61,761 nucleotides of DNA, from positions 53,672,929 to 53,734,689 of the forward strand of contig NC_068981.1 in the NCBI RefSeq assembly GCF_001194135.2, in the 5' to 3' direction. Below, piece by piece: positions 11,521-24,640 of the stretch. The position numbers were made by a program, and so were the translations under genes. Origin of the DNA: Octopus bimaculoides. Its lineage: Eukaryota. Position 1 is the stretch's first letter. Every line of letters begins with the position of its first letter. Below the pieces are notes generated by a model. It did not search any database. It was not told the origin of the DNA and saw only the letters and a program-made list of their open reading frames with translations.

Positions 11521-11962
11521 TAAGAGGTGATAATTCATACAGAGTGCCAAAATTTGAAACCAGTATTACTTTTATAATGTATGCAATGACTTAGGGTATA
11601 ATATTAACTTGCAAAAGATGATATGTGTACATTATATAAAGAATAAAATATTGGTTATGACTAGTTATGATCTCTCTCTCTCTCTCCCTCTCTATACACA
11701 CATACGTACATACATACAGTGTTTGTATATGCATATTTATTTATGAGGGATTTGTATGTATGTGTGGTGCTGTGTCTGTGTATATATGCATATATGTATA
11801 TCTATATATGTATAGTATTTTGCATATAATATCTAGGCTTCACTCTCATCTATCTTTTTGGGCAATGATTGTAAGTAGAAACACACAAGAATGTCTGTTC
11901 TTTATATCCGCTCATAATGTATATCTATTTCTAATTGTTCATCTGTTGTTTTTTTTAACCAG

Positions 11963-12118
11963 GACAGCTCAGTTCGAATTTGGAATACTGTACTAAGCCA
12001 GTGTTGTATTACCCTGAATGGTCATTTACAGTGTGTTACTTGCATCAAATGGGGTGGTGAGAATCTATTATTCTCTTCATCCCAAGATCGCACCATCAAA
12101 GTATGGAATCCAGAAGAT
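11963..12118 (+). CDS. NLE1: NLE1 exon (WD3/WD4)
   Basis: ttttaaccAG acceptor, GAT|GTGAGT donor; DSSVRIWNTVLSQCCITLNGHLQCVTCIKWGGENLLFSSSQDRTIKVWNPED. Confidence 0.96.
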
Positions 12119-12239
12119 GTGAGTTGGAATTTAAAATTTACTGAATTTTCTTTCTTCTGTGCATATCAAGTCTTAATATGATTTTAAATCTACTCTTCTT
12201 TTCACCTACTGCACTCATTACACTATTGCTGTTTATTTA

Positions 12240-12545
12240 TCTTATCTCACCTGGCACAATGCCACCTCTTCCAATACTCCCCCCTCCTCCCAAAGGACCT
12301 TTGACTTGCAAGTAACTTGGTAACTTCGCTGGTGCTTGTGCCATATAAAAAGCATCCAGTCCACACTGTAAAGTAGTTGGCATTAGGAAGGGCATCCAAC
12401 TAAAAAAACATGCCAAAGCAGACCTCACCATTACTCAATCCATTCTGTAAAGTGCTTGGTGCAGTCCCCTGGCTTGCCAGCTTCTCTTAAACCATCCAAC
12501 CCATGCCAGCATGGAAAGCACATCTTAAATGATGATGATGTTATG
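12240..12545 (+). mobile_element. RTE-tail-bearing repeat (second body variant) with (GAT)n tail
   Basis: gcaagtaacttggtaac..aggaagggcatccaac..ccaacccatgccagcatggaaag..aatgatgatgatg. Confidence 0.75.
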
Positions 12546-12771
12546 ACTAACTTATACTATCACCACCCACCTTCCTCATGCCACTACTCTTTCTACTCAA
12601 ACCTTTGAAGAAGCTTGTACATTGGCATTGCATCTGCTTGAGGTAGTAGCCAAATTCTCTTCAAAGCATTCATCCAAGGTTTCTAGTTTGAGTATATTTT
12701 CTTCTCTGATTGATTAGTCCATAAAATTTATTTTTTATCAGTTATATTGTACCTTCTTAAATAATGGAATA

Positions 12772-13714
12772 TCAGGTCATCCCATAAGTTCTGTCCGATT
12801 TTACTTTTTTTAAAATTGAATGAAATTTAATAGTATTTTAGAATGTTTAATGGAATTAAAAATTATTTTTATGCATTTGTGTATATTTAAACTACTTAAA
12901 TATTACTTTACAAAATAATAGAATTAAAATTTCTTTGTTTGAAACCCTTTCTAACATGGAAGTATCCAAAGAGCATTTAAGGCATATAATGCTTTATGAG
13001 TACAAAAAAGGAAACAATGCAGCCGAAATGATTTGAAACATACACTCAGTTTATGGGAAAGAATGCTTGAATGAAAGAACTTGCAGAAGATGGTTTATGA
13101 AGATCGAACAGGATGTCCATTTGAGTTTGATGATAAGCTCCTTGAGGCATTACTTGAAGAAAATCCTGCATTATCAGTTGAAGAATTGGCAATAAAGCTT
13201 AGTTCAAACCATACAACTGTTCATCGTCATCTTCAACAACTTGGAAAGGTTCCTAAACTTGGAAAATGGGTGCTTCATCAATTGTCCAAAAGCAACCACA
13301 AATCCCGAGTTGGCATCTGCTCTTCTCTCCATTCTCACAAACTCATTTCACCATTTTTGGATAGACTTGTGACTGGAGACGAAAAATGGATCTTCTGTCG
13401 AAATATTAAATGTTGTAAACAGTGGCTTGGTAAAAGGGAAAAAAACTTAACCACAACTGAGAAGGGAATTTCATGGAGAAAAGGTTCTTCTCTCTGTCTG
13501 GTGGGATTGCAAAGGAGTAATTCACTTTGAATTGTCACCACCTAATGTAACAATCAATGCTCAAGTCTACTGTCAGCAATTAGAGCATTTGAACCAAGCT
13601 TTGAAGAAAAAAAGACCCGCTTNNNNNNNNNNTGATTAAATTTCAATTAAATATAACATTTGATCACTTGTTTTCTTTATTCAAAATTCAGACAGAACTT
13701 ACGGGATGACCTGA
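12772..13714 (+). mobile_element. defective mariner (DD34D type) with intact TIRs and TA TSD; 10-N gap at 13623-13632
   Basis: TA|TCAGGTCATCCCATAAGTTCTGTC ... GACAGAACTTACGGGATGACCTGA|TA; MEVSKEHLRHIMLYEYKKG, GKWVLHQL, RLVTGDEKWI; frameshifts. Confidence 0.93.
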
Positions 13715-13829
13715 TAAATACATGAGAATATATGAAAAAAAAAAAAAAGAGGACAGCAGGATCATGGAGAGACATTGCAAATAGAGGGAGTAATTAAATG
13801 GATCAGTTATCCTAGTTCATGTGAAAGAG

Positions 13830-14380
13830 TTACTGAGTCTAAAGGAAGAGGTGGTGTCCATGACCCTTTGCAGGCTCTCTAAGATCAATGAGATTGATAC
13901 TTTTAATACTGTTTAAACTGTTCCAAGTCAACAGCTGCAGAAAGGACATGAACAGGAAGGAGATTCCAGATAGATGATGTTCCAGGGAAAAAGGACTGGT
14001 TAGTGTGGACCCAAGGTTGGACACAACAAGTGTGATGAGTGGATTAGAGATACCTGAGTGGTAGAGGCATGAGACAGCTCTAGTTAGCCAAGGCTACATA
14101 ACTAGTAGTAGAAAGTTCAGAGACAGGGGACAGTACATCTATAGGCCAGAGATTGGAATCTGCCTTTTTGTGATTAAATGCCAATCAGTCAAGTGGCCCT
14201 TCTTTAAATGTAATCCAGGATGCTTGTGTGTGTGTATGTGTGTAGCAGCATGGTCTAGCTTTTTGGAGATGAAATAACTTCCAGCATCTGAAGATGCATT
14301 CCTGGCTTGCTAAGGATGGGCTTTTACTAGGAGGAGATCCTCAGTGGTAGTGAAGCCCAGTATTTTGAATGACATTCAAA
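13830..14380 (-). mobile_element. degraded CR1/L2-like LINE 3' fragment
   Basis: minus strand ILGFTTTEDL..KAH and TWNSL-type motifs resembling the CR1-clade RT C-terminus. Confidence 0.55.
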
Positions 14381-14473
14381 ATGCAGTGTGGATTCAACAA
14401 GTGGGAAAAAATTGGTAACTTCTATGTCCATGAAAATAACAACCATGAAGTATTTGCTGTTTGGAAAGTGCCA

Positions 14474-14509
<36 letters not shown>

Positions 14510-14520
<11 letters not shown>

Positions 14521-14620
14521 GCAAAGCTTTAGAAGACACTTGCCCAATGTGCCACACAGTGGAACTGATCCCAAAAGCATGTGGTTAAGAAACAAACTTC
14601 TTAACCATACAGCCACACAT
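14510..14620 (-). mobile_element. SINE family B head next to (CA)n
   Basis: gtggctgtatggttaagaagtttgtttcttaaccacatgcttttgggatcagttccac on the minus strand. Confidence 0.75.
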
Positions 14621-15512
14621 TTGTGTGTGCAAAGAAATTAAAGGCTGTAAAAGAACACAGACTGATTTTCCTGAACCAAAGGTTGCAACTGATTTTGCTA
14701 ACAATTTCATATGATGAAGATGTTAATCAAAATTTAAGAAATATATTGCAGATTTTGTTTATAGTTGCATTGTCTGTGACTAGTTTAGCAAACTGAGATT
14801 AATTCTTACATACTGCTGAACCATAGTGACACACACAGAACTGAGTAGCTGGACAACATTGGACTTGGTATTAAAACAGACATAATTAGTAATTAAAATT
14901 TTGGTAGTTTAATCGATGCACTTGCGACAACAAAAGCATGAAAGATTCATGTAGAAATTAACCATGAATACCAGAATGTTACTTGCAATGATCTAGTTAA
15001 GTATATGTGCAGTTTTGAAAATTAAAAAAATTTGTTATATGTAAAGTTAAATAGTATTTTATTTGTCTGTTTCTTAGTCTCTATACACCCCATGTAGCTG
15101 ACTTCTTACATATAAAACAATTTTCCAAACTAAAGATATAACAGACATTCATTTTGCATGTTTGCCTCATTACTTTAGCTATGTGACTTTGAGCAACACT
15201 GAATGACATAAATGTCGAGTGGCTTACAAGTTATGTAAGTATGCTTAGTAAGCATTAGTTCCAGATTTACAACTGTGATATTGTATGATGATATACTGTG
15301 ATTTTATATTTAGGCCAGTGTAAAATGGTAATTAATTGTTTATGGTATTGTCATTAAGTGAATAAAGGAAAATAAAATAAATAATCAGAACATTTCAAAT
15401 TTGGTTGTACCAAAACATATAGTTGTCCCTGGCACTGAGAATCCTTGTTGTGCCACAAGGATCACAGTTAGAACATCTTTCATCATAGACCTGCTGGATG
15501 ACATCAAATTAA

Positions 15513-16670
15513 TGGGTTGGACAAAATGTCTGTTTGGTCATTTAAACGAAAATAAGACATAAGTTTTAAACACAAAGTGATTTATTCAATCATTGATATA
15601 ATTATCATTTTGTTCCAGTATTTTCTGCTATCTTGTGGGCAGATCCATTATTCTCTGCTCAAAGAATTTCCTGTCTTTACTAGCAAAAACCTTTTTTCAG
15701 TGAATTATCACATCTTCTTCAGAGTTGATGATCTGTCTGTTCAATGAATTTTGAAGAGACTGAAATGGGTCAAAGTCTGAGGGCACAAGGTCAAGCAAAT
15801 ATGGACAGTGTGGCAAAACTTCCCAGCCAAGCCCTAATAATTTCTGCCACAGAAGTGTGCATTCTGGCATTGTTGTGATGAAAGACAATGCTCTTATGAT
15901 TAGCAAGTGCTGGATGCTTCTGGTTGATTACTACATTCAATTTGTCTAGCTGGTTATAGTACACAATTGATGGTCCTGTCTGTGGGAAGAAGCTCATACA
16001 ACCATCCAATCACACCAAATTAAAAGCATAACTTTCTTCTAGTGAACTCATGCTTTAGAGGTTGTTTGTGATGGTTTTGTCACACTTCCCCCATGATCAT
16101 TTGTGCTTCACATTGTTATACACAATCCTATTTTTCAGTCCCTGTCACTAATCTCTTCAAAAAAGGATTGTTCTCTTTGCATTTCTGCAGCAAATTGCAG
16201 ATGGAAATCCATTGGGTGAGATTAACTTCATTCAATAGGTGTGCGGCCCAAATATCCTGCTGACATAACTAAGTTGATGCAGATGGGTTTGAACACTTGA
16301 TTTGGATATTTGAAGAATATCTGCAATCATCCTGGTCTTATACTGGAGGTTAGAGTCAACTAACTCCTTCATTTTGTTGTTAATCTTAGTTGGCCAACTA
16401 GAATGCGGTGCATCTTGAACAGAAAAATTTCCCAATTGAAATCTTTTGGCACACATGTTCTGTAACAGCATCCTCTCCATACACAGGGCATATCTTCCTG
16501 CAGGTTTCTGCCACTTTCTTGCCCTTCTTGAAATAAAAAGGCCTGATGGGTCAATAATGTTCATTTTGGTGCAACCCTCACTAGTACCACCATGTTATTT
16601 GGCATCACAATATCAGCTAAATATCTACCCACTTCTGTCAACATAAATTTCATAATTCCCTTATGCATCA
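15513..16670 (-). mobile_element. degenerate mariner transposase pseudogene
   Basis: LGWEVLPHCPYLLDLVPSDF (YSPDLAPSDF-like), KHPALANHKSIVFHHNNARMH, KRFQLGNFSVQDAPHSSWP; many stops and frameshifts. Confidence 0.85.
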
Positions 16671-16784
16671 ATGAGAAAGAGAGCCTCTATGCAGTCGCTC
16701 AACCTACTCAGAATAACTGCCAAATCTCAATCAAATACATTTTATCAACTGTTTGCATTAGAACTATATTCCACAGTGTACAAG

Positions 16785-17350
16785 ATCATCATCATCACCA
16801 TCTGATGTCCATGTTCCATGCTGGCATGGGTTGGACAGTTTGACAGGATTTGATGGCTCCAAGGACTGCATTGAGTTTTAGTGTCTTGCTTTGGTATGGT
16901 TTTTACAGTTAGATGCCCTTCATAATGCCCACTTTACACTGTTTAGTAGATGCTTTTTGTATGCCATCAGCATTAGTGAAGTTACCAAATAACTCACCAG
17001 ACAGGAAAGAACAAGAAAAGGAGGAAGCCCTTTCAACTATGTTGGGGAAGTATATGAGAGAGTGGAAAAGTGATTTTATACTGGGGATAGACAGAGGTAT
17101 CTTGCTGTAGAGAAGATATATGGCTACCTTGCATTTATATAAGGGTGGAGTATCTGGGAAAAGTGAAGATGGTAGTGTTGAGGTTTGGAGCAAAACCCTT
17201 AAAAAGCAAAAGATGAATACAGGTATTTGATCAGAAGTGGGGAGGCAGTTATGAAAATGTGAGGGTGGGCATAGTAGATTGTTAGATGCTGTAAGAAGTG
17301 AATGTAGTAAATGAACAGAAGTAGAGGTGTGGTTTGATGGGAATATCAAG
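16785..17350 (-). mobile_element. RTE-tail repeat with purine-rich body (second variant)
   Basis: (CAT)n, gttccatgctggcatgggttggacag, gaagttaccaaataactcacc then a GA-rich body like 18735 and 25255. Confidence 0.7.
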
Positions 17351-18734
17351 CCACAGTAGTGAGATATGACTTAAAGCTGATCAGCAAGTCTTAATCTGTC
17401 ACTTTATTTAACTCCACCACCACCACCACAGTTGCATCTTGTCTGTTTGCACGTATTATAACAGGATTTCTGGTCTGAAGAGAACTTTCTCTTCTTCACA
17501 CCATTTAAATGGTCTTTGAAAAGTACATGGCTTCTGCTCTTCATTTCCTGACTAAAGCATTTAAACCAAAAGCAACACATTTCCTCCTGTTGTAAAACAT
17601 CCTAGTTCAAAAATACCTGTCAATCACATTTCACACTTGAATATCTTCATTAGAAAGCCATTCAACTGTATAAAACGACTTCCTCATAAATTATGCAAAT
17701 GGCCAAATTTCTAAAACTCCCAAACCCATACAAGCATAAGAAACAGAAATATAACAGAATAAAATAAAATATTGCAAAACAGTGGAAACTGAATTGAAAA
17801 AAAAAAAAAGAAAGAATTTTTGCATTTATCCATGTTAACATTTTGATTTCTGGTTTTAGTTAAATGATCTTTAAAAAAAGCATGAATGCCATAAAATCTC
17901 ATTTGCAGTCTATCCCATATAAATGCAAGGCCTTGTGAATATGTAACAGATAATTATAATAAATAATAATTATACACTAGTCAGTTCACATCCCACAGGA
18001 GATTTCCTGATAACAAAATGCATAAAAGGAACAAAATTATGATTATCCTTTCTTTCTTTCTTTCTTTCTTTCTTTTTTTTTCTCAGATAAAGATTTCTAT
18101 CTTGGTAAAAGAAAATCTCAATTATTCATACATAGTAATTTCTTTTTCAAAGTTAGGAGATAACATCAATCTTGTCATTAGAACAAACAAACAGATTTTA
18201 TTGTCATTTTTATTAGTTTTAGAATAGTGGACATCTTGTTATTGTTTTCTTTAAAAGAACCGCATCAATGCAAATTGATTGATTGATTTTTATTTGTGCT
18301 ATATCTCTTATAAACCAAATAATGGAATAACTTCATTGTATATTGACATCACTTTTTTCAAAAGGAAAGAAATTGTATTAATTTCTATGATTCTCCCATT
18401 CCCAGTTCTTGTCTATTTTCTGTATTATTACAATTCTTATGTCCATTGATGATGTATATGTGAGTTCCTGCAAAAATAAGATAGTTGAAACAATGAGAAG
18501 TTAAAGGTGATTGTTACTGCTTCTGCTGTTGATGGTATTTGTGTGTTTGCTGCTGTAGTTTAGTGATTCTCTGACAGAGCTCTGAAGAGGTTTTGTGCAC
18601 ATGAGTACAGACATCGCAACATTTCTTTGTTTGATCCTGCTGTATGGCACCTTGAGCAGTTGTCTTCTTTCATAGCCTCAGATTTACCAAAACCTTGTGT
18701 GTTAAATCAGATGTGTGGGTGTATGTAGAGGCAC

Positions 18735-19530
18735 ATCATCATCATCACCACCATCATCATCATCATCACCATCCTCATCATCATCATCATCTTCATCATC
18801 ATCATCAGCATCACCATCCTCCTCATCATCTAACATCTGTGTTCCATGCTGGCTTGGACTGGACAGTTTGACAGGATCTGATGGGTCCAAGAACTGCATC
18901 ATGCTCCAGTGTTGACTTTGGCATGGTTTCTACCGTTGGGTACCCTTTCTAATGCCAAACACATTTCAGTGTGTACTGGGTGCTTTTCTCTTGCCTATGA
19001 AACCCAAGGACTTTATGCAAGTAGGTGAGGGTTCAGATATGAAAGAAGGATATGGGACAGATTAGGTTCCTATTGTGGGGGAATTACATGGCCACTTATA
19101 TTTTGAGAAGAGTAAAAAGCAAAATCAGTAGTAGCTGCAAAGCGATAGTGGTGATGAGATGTCCAGTTGGTACCTCAAGGTACAAGGCAAGTAGAAGTGA
19201 ATTGGGGACAGAGAAAGTAGGAGTGGGTGAGGATTTGCAAGTATATGAGGGTGGCAGGGAAAGTGAGGAGGGTAGATGTAGACAACATCTATAAGGATTG
19301 GGTAGGGTTGATGTGGAGTTGGAGATTGTCAATGGTGCTTCAATTAGGGAGTAGGAGGGATGCGAGATGAGAGTAATAGGATAGTAATGATGATACAGTT
19401 GACATGGGAAGGACAAGAGAGAAAGGGGAAGAGAGAGAGAGAGAGTCAAACATAGTGTATGAGGATAGAATCTGGTTGGTCCAGTGTGGAGATAGAGGGG
19501 ATCATTGTAATGTGTGGAAGTAGAGAACAA
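18735..19530 (-). mobile_element. RTE-tail repeat with long (CAT)n tail (18735-18830) and purine-rich body
   Basis: about 30 imperfect CAT units followed by gttccatgctggcttggactggacag. Confidence 0.7.
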
Positions 19531-19820
19531 TATTTATGAATAAAAAAAAGTAATGATGTTAAATATCTACCAAAGGATATAATTAGTATTTTCTGCAACT
19601 TATGTTGCCTCAATAAACTTGATATATCTCAAGAAAAAATAGACTCAAACATGACATTTCTCAACAAAAGATAGAATGGTATACAAAACTGCTTTCTGCA
19701 GTTAAGGGTAATGAAAATTTAGAGCAGATATATCTGATTTCTGCAGTAAAAGGGTTAATGTTGTGGCTAAGGGAGTAAACTGTTGTCATTTCATTGAGCT
19801 GGACACTTAATTTTTCATTG

Positions 19821-19941
19821 TAGTAATTAATGTATCTTTATGTTCTATGTTTTAAACATCTTCAAGACCAACTTTTGTCTTAGTAATTAATGTATCTTTA
19901 TGTTCTATGTTTTAAACATCTTCAAGACCAACTTTTGTCTT
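19821..19941. repeat. perfect 60-bp tandem duplication
   Basis: 19821-19880 is identical to 19881-19940. Confidence 0.95.
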
Positions 19942-20979
19942 TTATCTTGCCCTCAGTTGTCAATAAAATATATGTAGCAGTCATGTATTGAGTTTGATTC
20001 AATTGCCTATCATCTTTTCCTAGAAATTTGAACCCACTTTATCACTTGTTAAAAATCATTACTGGACAGGATTTTATGGCGTTGTGTTGACTAGACTTAT
20101 GATCAAAAGTATTCCAGCCATGTACATCTTATATTATTTTTTTAATATTTTTGAAACTGTATTTAGAACTACCTTGTCCAATGTGTACTTTGCTTTTAAG
20201 ATGTTAGGGTGTAGTTTGAGGGATTTATCCATTATTTCTAGCAGATCAAGCAACCTCTTGGAGCTACTTTTGTTTGGGAGGATGTGAATCGTGATGGCTG
20301 AGACATAAAGTGTATTGATATTTAGTCCACGACATGTACTTTACCTTACTTCAAGCCTTGATACAATTACTCTAATCTTTTATTCTTTTAATGTTAATAA
20401 ATCTATATACTAGTAATACAAGGGAAAGATCAAAAGAAATCATTGTTATTGGCATACAGCTGATGAATAAAATATTTAACTCTAGATCAGCTTTAATCAA
20501 GCAGTCTTTGATGAAAGGCATTTGAGTTGTGATTATTCTTCTTTTCTCTTTGGCATCTTGGGCCTCATTATCCAATGTGTTCCTTGTTGGTTTCTTGACT
20601 CTAAATTATCAATAATCTCTAAGTTTACAACTTGGTTCAGGTTCCCAGAAATTGTGTCCCAAACACATTGTCCAAGTCTTTTGGAAGAGCATGGCTTTCA
20701 TCATGTATCTCTTTATCCCTTCTTATATAGAATCATCATCATCATCATTATCATCAGCTTCTTCATCACTACTGTAATATGTGCTGAACAAACTACCTAA
20801 CACAATTTAAGTTCATCTTCTTTATGTACCTCAAGCTTATGTGTACTTCTCATCTCTCAAGGCTTGTACCATTTATGTATTGGTGTCAGTTCAATAGACT
20901 ATATACCTCCCTACAAATTTATGGTTTTGTGCTGAAGTTAGAATTATTGTTATCATTATTATTATGTAAGCTATGGACA

Positions 20980-22050
20980 TATAAGAGGAGCAGCAATATC
21001 AGAGGAGGGTTAAGAGGGAAAATAGTCTTGTGTGTGGAAGATGCCCAGGTACAATAAACACTGAAAATGTACAGAAATAGACTCCATCAACTGCCAGCGG
21101 GGTAAGCTAGAGGTACTAGATAGCTTCCATTATCTGGGTGACCAAGTTAATGTTAGAGGTGGATGCTCCAAGATCGTAGCTATGAGAATAAGAATAGTCT
21201 GGGCAAAGTTCAGAGAGCTCCTACCTCTGTTGGCAACAAAGGGCCTCTACCTCAGAGTGAAAGGCAGATTGTATGATGCCTGTATGCAAATAGCTATGCT
21301 ATACGGCAGTGAAACTTGGGCTATGACAGCCAAGGAAATGCATAGGCTTGAAAGAAATGAAGCCAGAATGTTTCGCTGGATATGCAATATCTGTGTGCAT
21401 GTACAACAAAGTGTAAGCATCTTGAGAGAAAAGTTGGGCATAAGAGGCATCAGATCTGGTGTGCAAGAGAGACGATTGTGCTGGTATGGTCATGTGATGT
21501 GGATGGACAAGGACAGCTGTGTATAGAAGTGTTGATCTCTAACTGTGGAGGGAACCTGTGGTAGAAGTAGACATGGGACAAGGTTGTGAAGCATGATCTT
21601 CAAACTTTGGACCTCATGGAAGCAGTGACTAGTGACTGAGACCTTTGACAATATGCTGTGCTTGAGAAGACCCTTCAAGCCAAGTGAATTCGTGGTCGAA
21701 GCTGGTTTTGGTGTTATGTAACTGGCACCTGGGTTGCTGGCACATAAAAGGTACCTTTCGAGCATTGAGCCTCAACAGAGACAAGGTGGCTGATGCCGGT
21801 AGCACATGAAAAGCACATTTTGAGTGTTGGGCTTCACAGAGGCAATGACGAATGACTGAGATCTTTGGCATTATGCCATGCTTGAGAAGACCCATCAAGC
21901 CAAGTAAAATCATAGTTGTGGAAGATATTGGTATCATGCAAATGACACCTGTGCCAGTGGCGCATAAAAGCACCCATTACACTTTCGGAGTGGTTGGTGT
22001 GAGGAAGGACATCCAGCCATGTCAAATCAGACTGGAGTCTGGTGCAGCAA
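20980..22050 (+). mobile_element. 5'-truncated RTE LINE: RT C-terminus plus 3' UTR, tail missing
   Basis: FHYLGD, WAKFRELLPLL, MLYGSETWA, ERRLCWYGHV; 3' UTR matches 48670 and the reverse complement of 59620-60350. Confidence 0.9.
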
Positions 22051-22290
22051 GTTTCTGACTCAAGCACTCTTTCTGCTCGATGATTGTCCCATGTACTTCC
22101 TGCTTTAAACACCCATTTCTGACAAAGTGTCCAGTGTAAAATGTTCACAACTTGATCATGTCACCAATTCTCATATTCTGCCTGGGCCAACTTGGGACAT
22201 TCTGCAACAATGTATACCATTGTTTCATCCCAGATTTCACATACACTAACACCTTTTGCTGACACCTTTTCCTCATGCATATATTTTCTC
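22050..22290 (-). mobile_element. fragment of an R4-clade-like (restriction-like endonuclease) LINE: CCHC knuckle and following region
   Basis: CEIWDETMVYIVAECPKLAQAEYENWHDQV then ILHWTLCQKW..HRAERVLES; resembles the C..C..ET..HI...C..LAQ.EY..RH motif of RLE-type LINEs. Confidence 0.7.
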
Positions 22291-22324
22291 GAGTTGGTTT
22301 GTTTGCAATCATCATCATCATCAT

Positions 22325-22545
22325 TAAGGTGGTGTACTAGGAGAACCATTAACATGCTGGACAAAATGCTTAGTGGTATTTTGTCCATCTTTGCATTCTG
22401 AGTTCAAATTCTACTGAGGTCGACTTTGCTTTTCATCCTTTTGGGATCAATAAAATAAGTACTAACTGAGAACTGGGGTTGATGTAATTGACTCACCCCA
22501 CTCTCCCAAACTTGCTGGCTTTATACCAGAATTTGAAACCATTGT
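22325..22545 (+). mobile_element. SINE family A
   Basis: ttaaggtgg..ttagtggtatttt..ctgagttcaaattc..ctggggttgatgtaattgact. Confidence 0.75.
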
Positions 22546-23699
22546 TGTTGTTGAAAACATTGAGGTAGTGGTGGTAACTTTGACAGCAGCAGTAGTGGTA
22601 GTAGCGGTTCTTCTATTAGTGGTGGTGGTGGTGATGGTGGGGCTGTAAGAGGTGATAATTCATACAGAGCTGTTTTGAAAGCTGTGGAGATTCGTTTGAT
22701 GTGTATAAAATGTATTGATCACTCTATACATTTACTACTGACTGTGTTAGCTATGTGCAGGCATATCGATCTATTAATTTGAACTATAGGAAGATAATAT
22801 TGATCACTTGGTTTATTGCTATCTTGACTGTGACCAAGTAATTATAATAACTTTTTGATGTTTGAATCCCTCGATTGTGATTGAGAGATGTATTGACCTC
22901 ATTATATTCTACCTGTTAGATCTTGTAGGAAGTTCTTTGTTAGATTTTTATTTTACGTTGCATTGGCTTCTGAGTTGTAAAACTTGCATTTCATCTGAGG
23001 AATTAATGAAAAGTATGAATTTTCCATAGGAAATTAATTCTAGTTGTGTATACAATTCATTATTCCATTCACAGACTGCAAAGAACTTTTTAGAACACAT
23101 TGTGCTGCAGCTTATGCTTCTGGAACTGACTATTTCTTTCAAAGTGGTTTACAGTAGCTTAAATATATATGTGTGTGTTTATATATGTTCAGTGTTAGTT
23201 ACCTGAACTGGTATTACATCAGCATCCCAATTGTGGTTGCTTTTACCACTTGTAATTTTTTGCTTCTTCCTACAATAGGCCTTAATTTGCTCCATGTTGT
23301 TACAAAGTTGTTATTTTTGTTTTCGAAATTTCTATGTGTTTTAGTATCAGGAACTTTATCAATTTAAGATTCAGAATATTTTTTTAATGATCTGAGTATG
23401 ACTGAATTAAAAAGTGAAGTGAAAGATTAATAATGTGCATGTCCATACACGTACAGAGACATGTGTTTGCATACACATATATAGATGTGTGTGTGTGTGT
23501 GTATGTATGTATACGTGTGTCTGTACATGCATACATGTGTATGTATGCATGAGTTGAATAGTTTTGCAAATTGAAATATTTTGAGGATGTGTTTCATTAG
23601 ATGTTTTATACTTGAATATGGATAACAAAAATACCCTTTTTATAAGTGCAATTGCAAGTCATTCCTTATATTCAATCTGCTATTACCACAGATTCAGAA

Positions 23700-24640
23700 T
23701 ACTGAACATCTATTCCTACACATAAGCCTCTTCCTACATATATCCCTTAACTTTTCTGGTGTTTAAATAGCACTCCTATTAACAATGCTAAAATATTTAT
23801 TGCCTGCTTTACAGCCACATCCCCACATTACCCCATACATCCACTCTACTAGAAATTACTTCTCCAGTTCACTAGCTCCAACTTCCTAGGTTCACAGCCA
23901 CTAAGAGGACAATTTTGGTCAATGGCTAACAAAGATAAAACAGTACTCTTTGAGAGTACTGACTAACCACTGGATGGGAAACTTTCTCTTAGATCATGTT
24001 GACAGTGATCATTTCATCATCAGAGATGTACTTCTGGCCTTAGTTGCCTCTACTCTAATCTTCTGCTCCATTAATAACCTATTTACCATCATGTTTTAAC
24101 ATACACACACACAGAGTCTAGTTTGCTGATGACTACACTCAAACTTATTTTTCCTCTTCTGTATACAGGCCCTGTTCTTATTTAAAATTATACTATCTCC
24201 CATTAGGCACGAACATTCTCAGTAAAAATATCTTACAGTGGGGTCTTAACAGTCTAATCTCATTAAGTAGACACATACCATAACTTTACACACATCAAGA
24301 AAGTAAACTTTCAATACTGCATCTTCAGTCACACAGTTTAAACTACCACACTCTCTTTAAATGCTAAACCTTAAAATTGTTGATAACCTTTCATGATAAC
24401 TACAAATTCTTCACATAGCAAGCACTGCATCATGAAAGCTGGGTTTATTTCCAGAGTCTGAACAACAACTAACTTTATACAAGGCAAAATAAGACAAAAA
24501 AAAACCTGGACTGCTCACACATTTCAGTTGGAACTCCCACCATGTACACTGATATATTATGCCATAACCTGACAAACAGCTTCACTCATGACTCTAGAAA
24601 ATGGCTCAACATGACTGTACTTGGATGTTTGTGAACTAGA
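23700..24640 (+). mobile_element. highly degraded CR1/L2-like LINE
   Basis: tttgctgatgactac (FADD) and other weak RT-like residues; no long ORF. Confidence 0.4.

Noticed and set aside
14714-14797. Possible intronic C/D snoRNA (ATGATGA ... CTGA about 80 nt apart) in a ribosome-biogenesis host gene
   Set aside because: No convincing terminal stem or recognisable rRNA antisense element; such motifs are frequent by chance here. A snoscan or Infernal search would be decisive
20050-20720. Possible Penelope-like remnant on the minus strand
   Set aside because: Only vague motif resemblance; cannot be supported without a profile search
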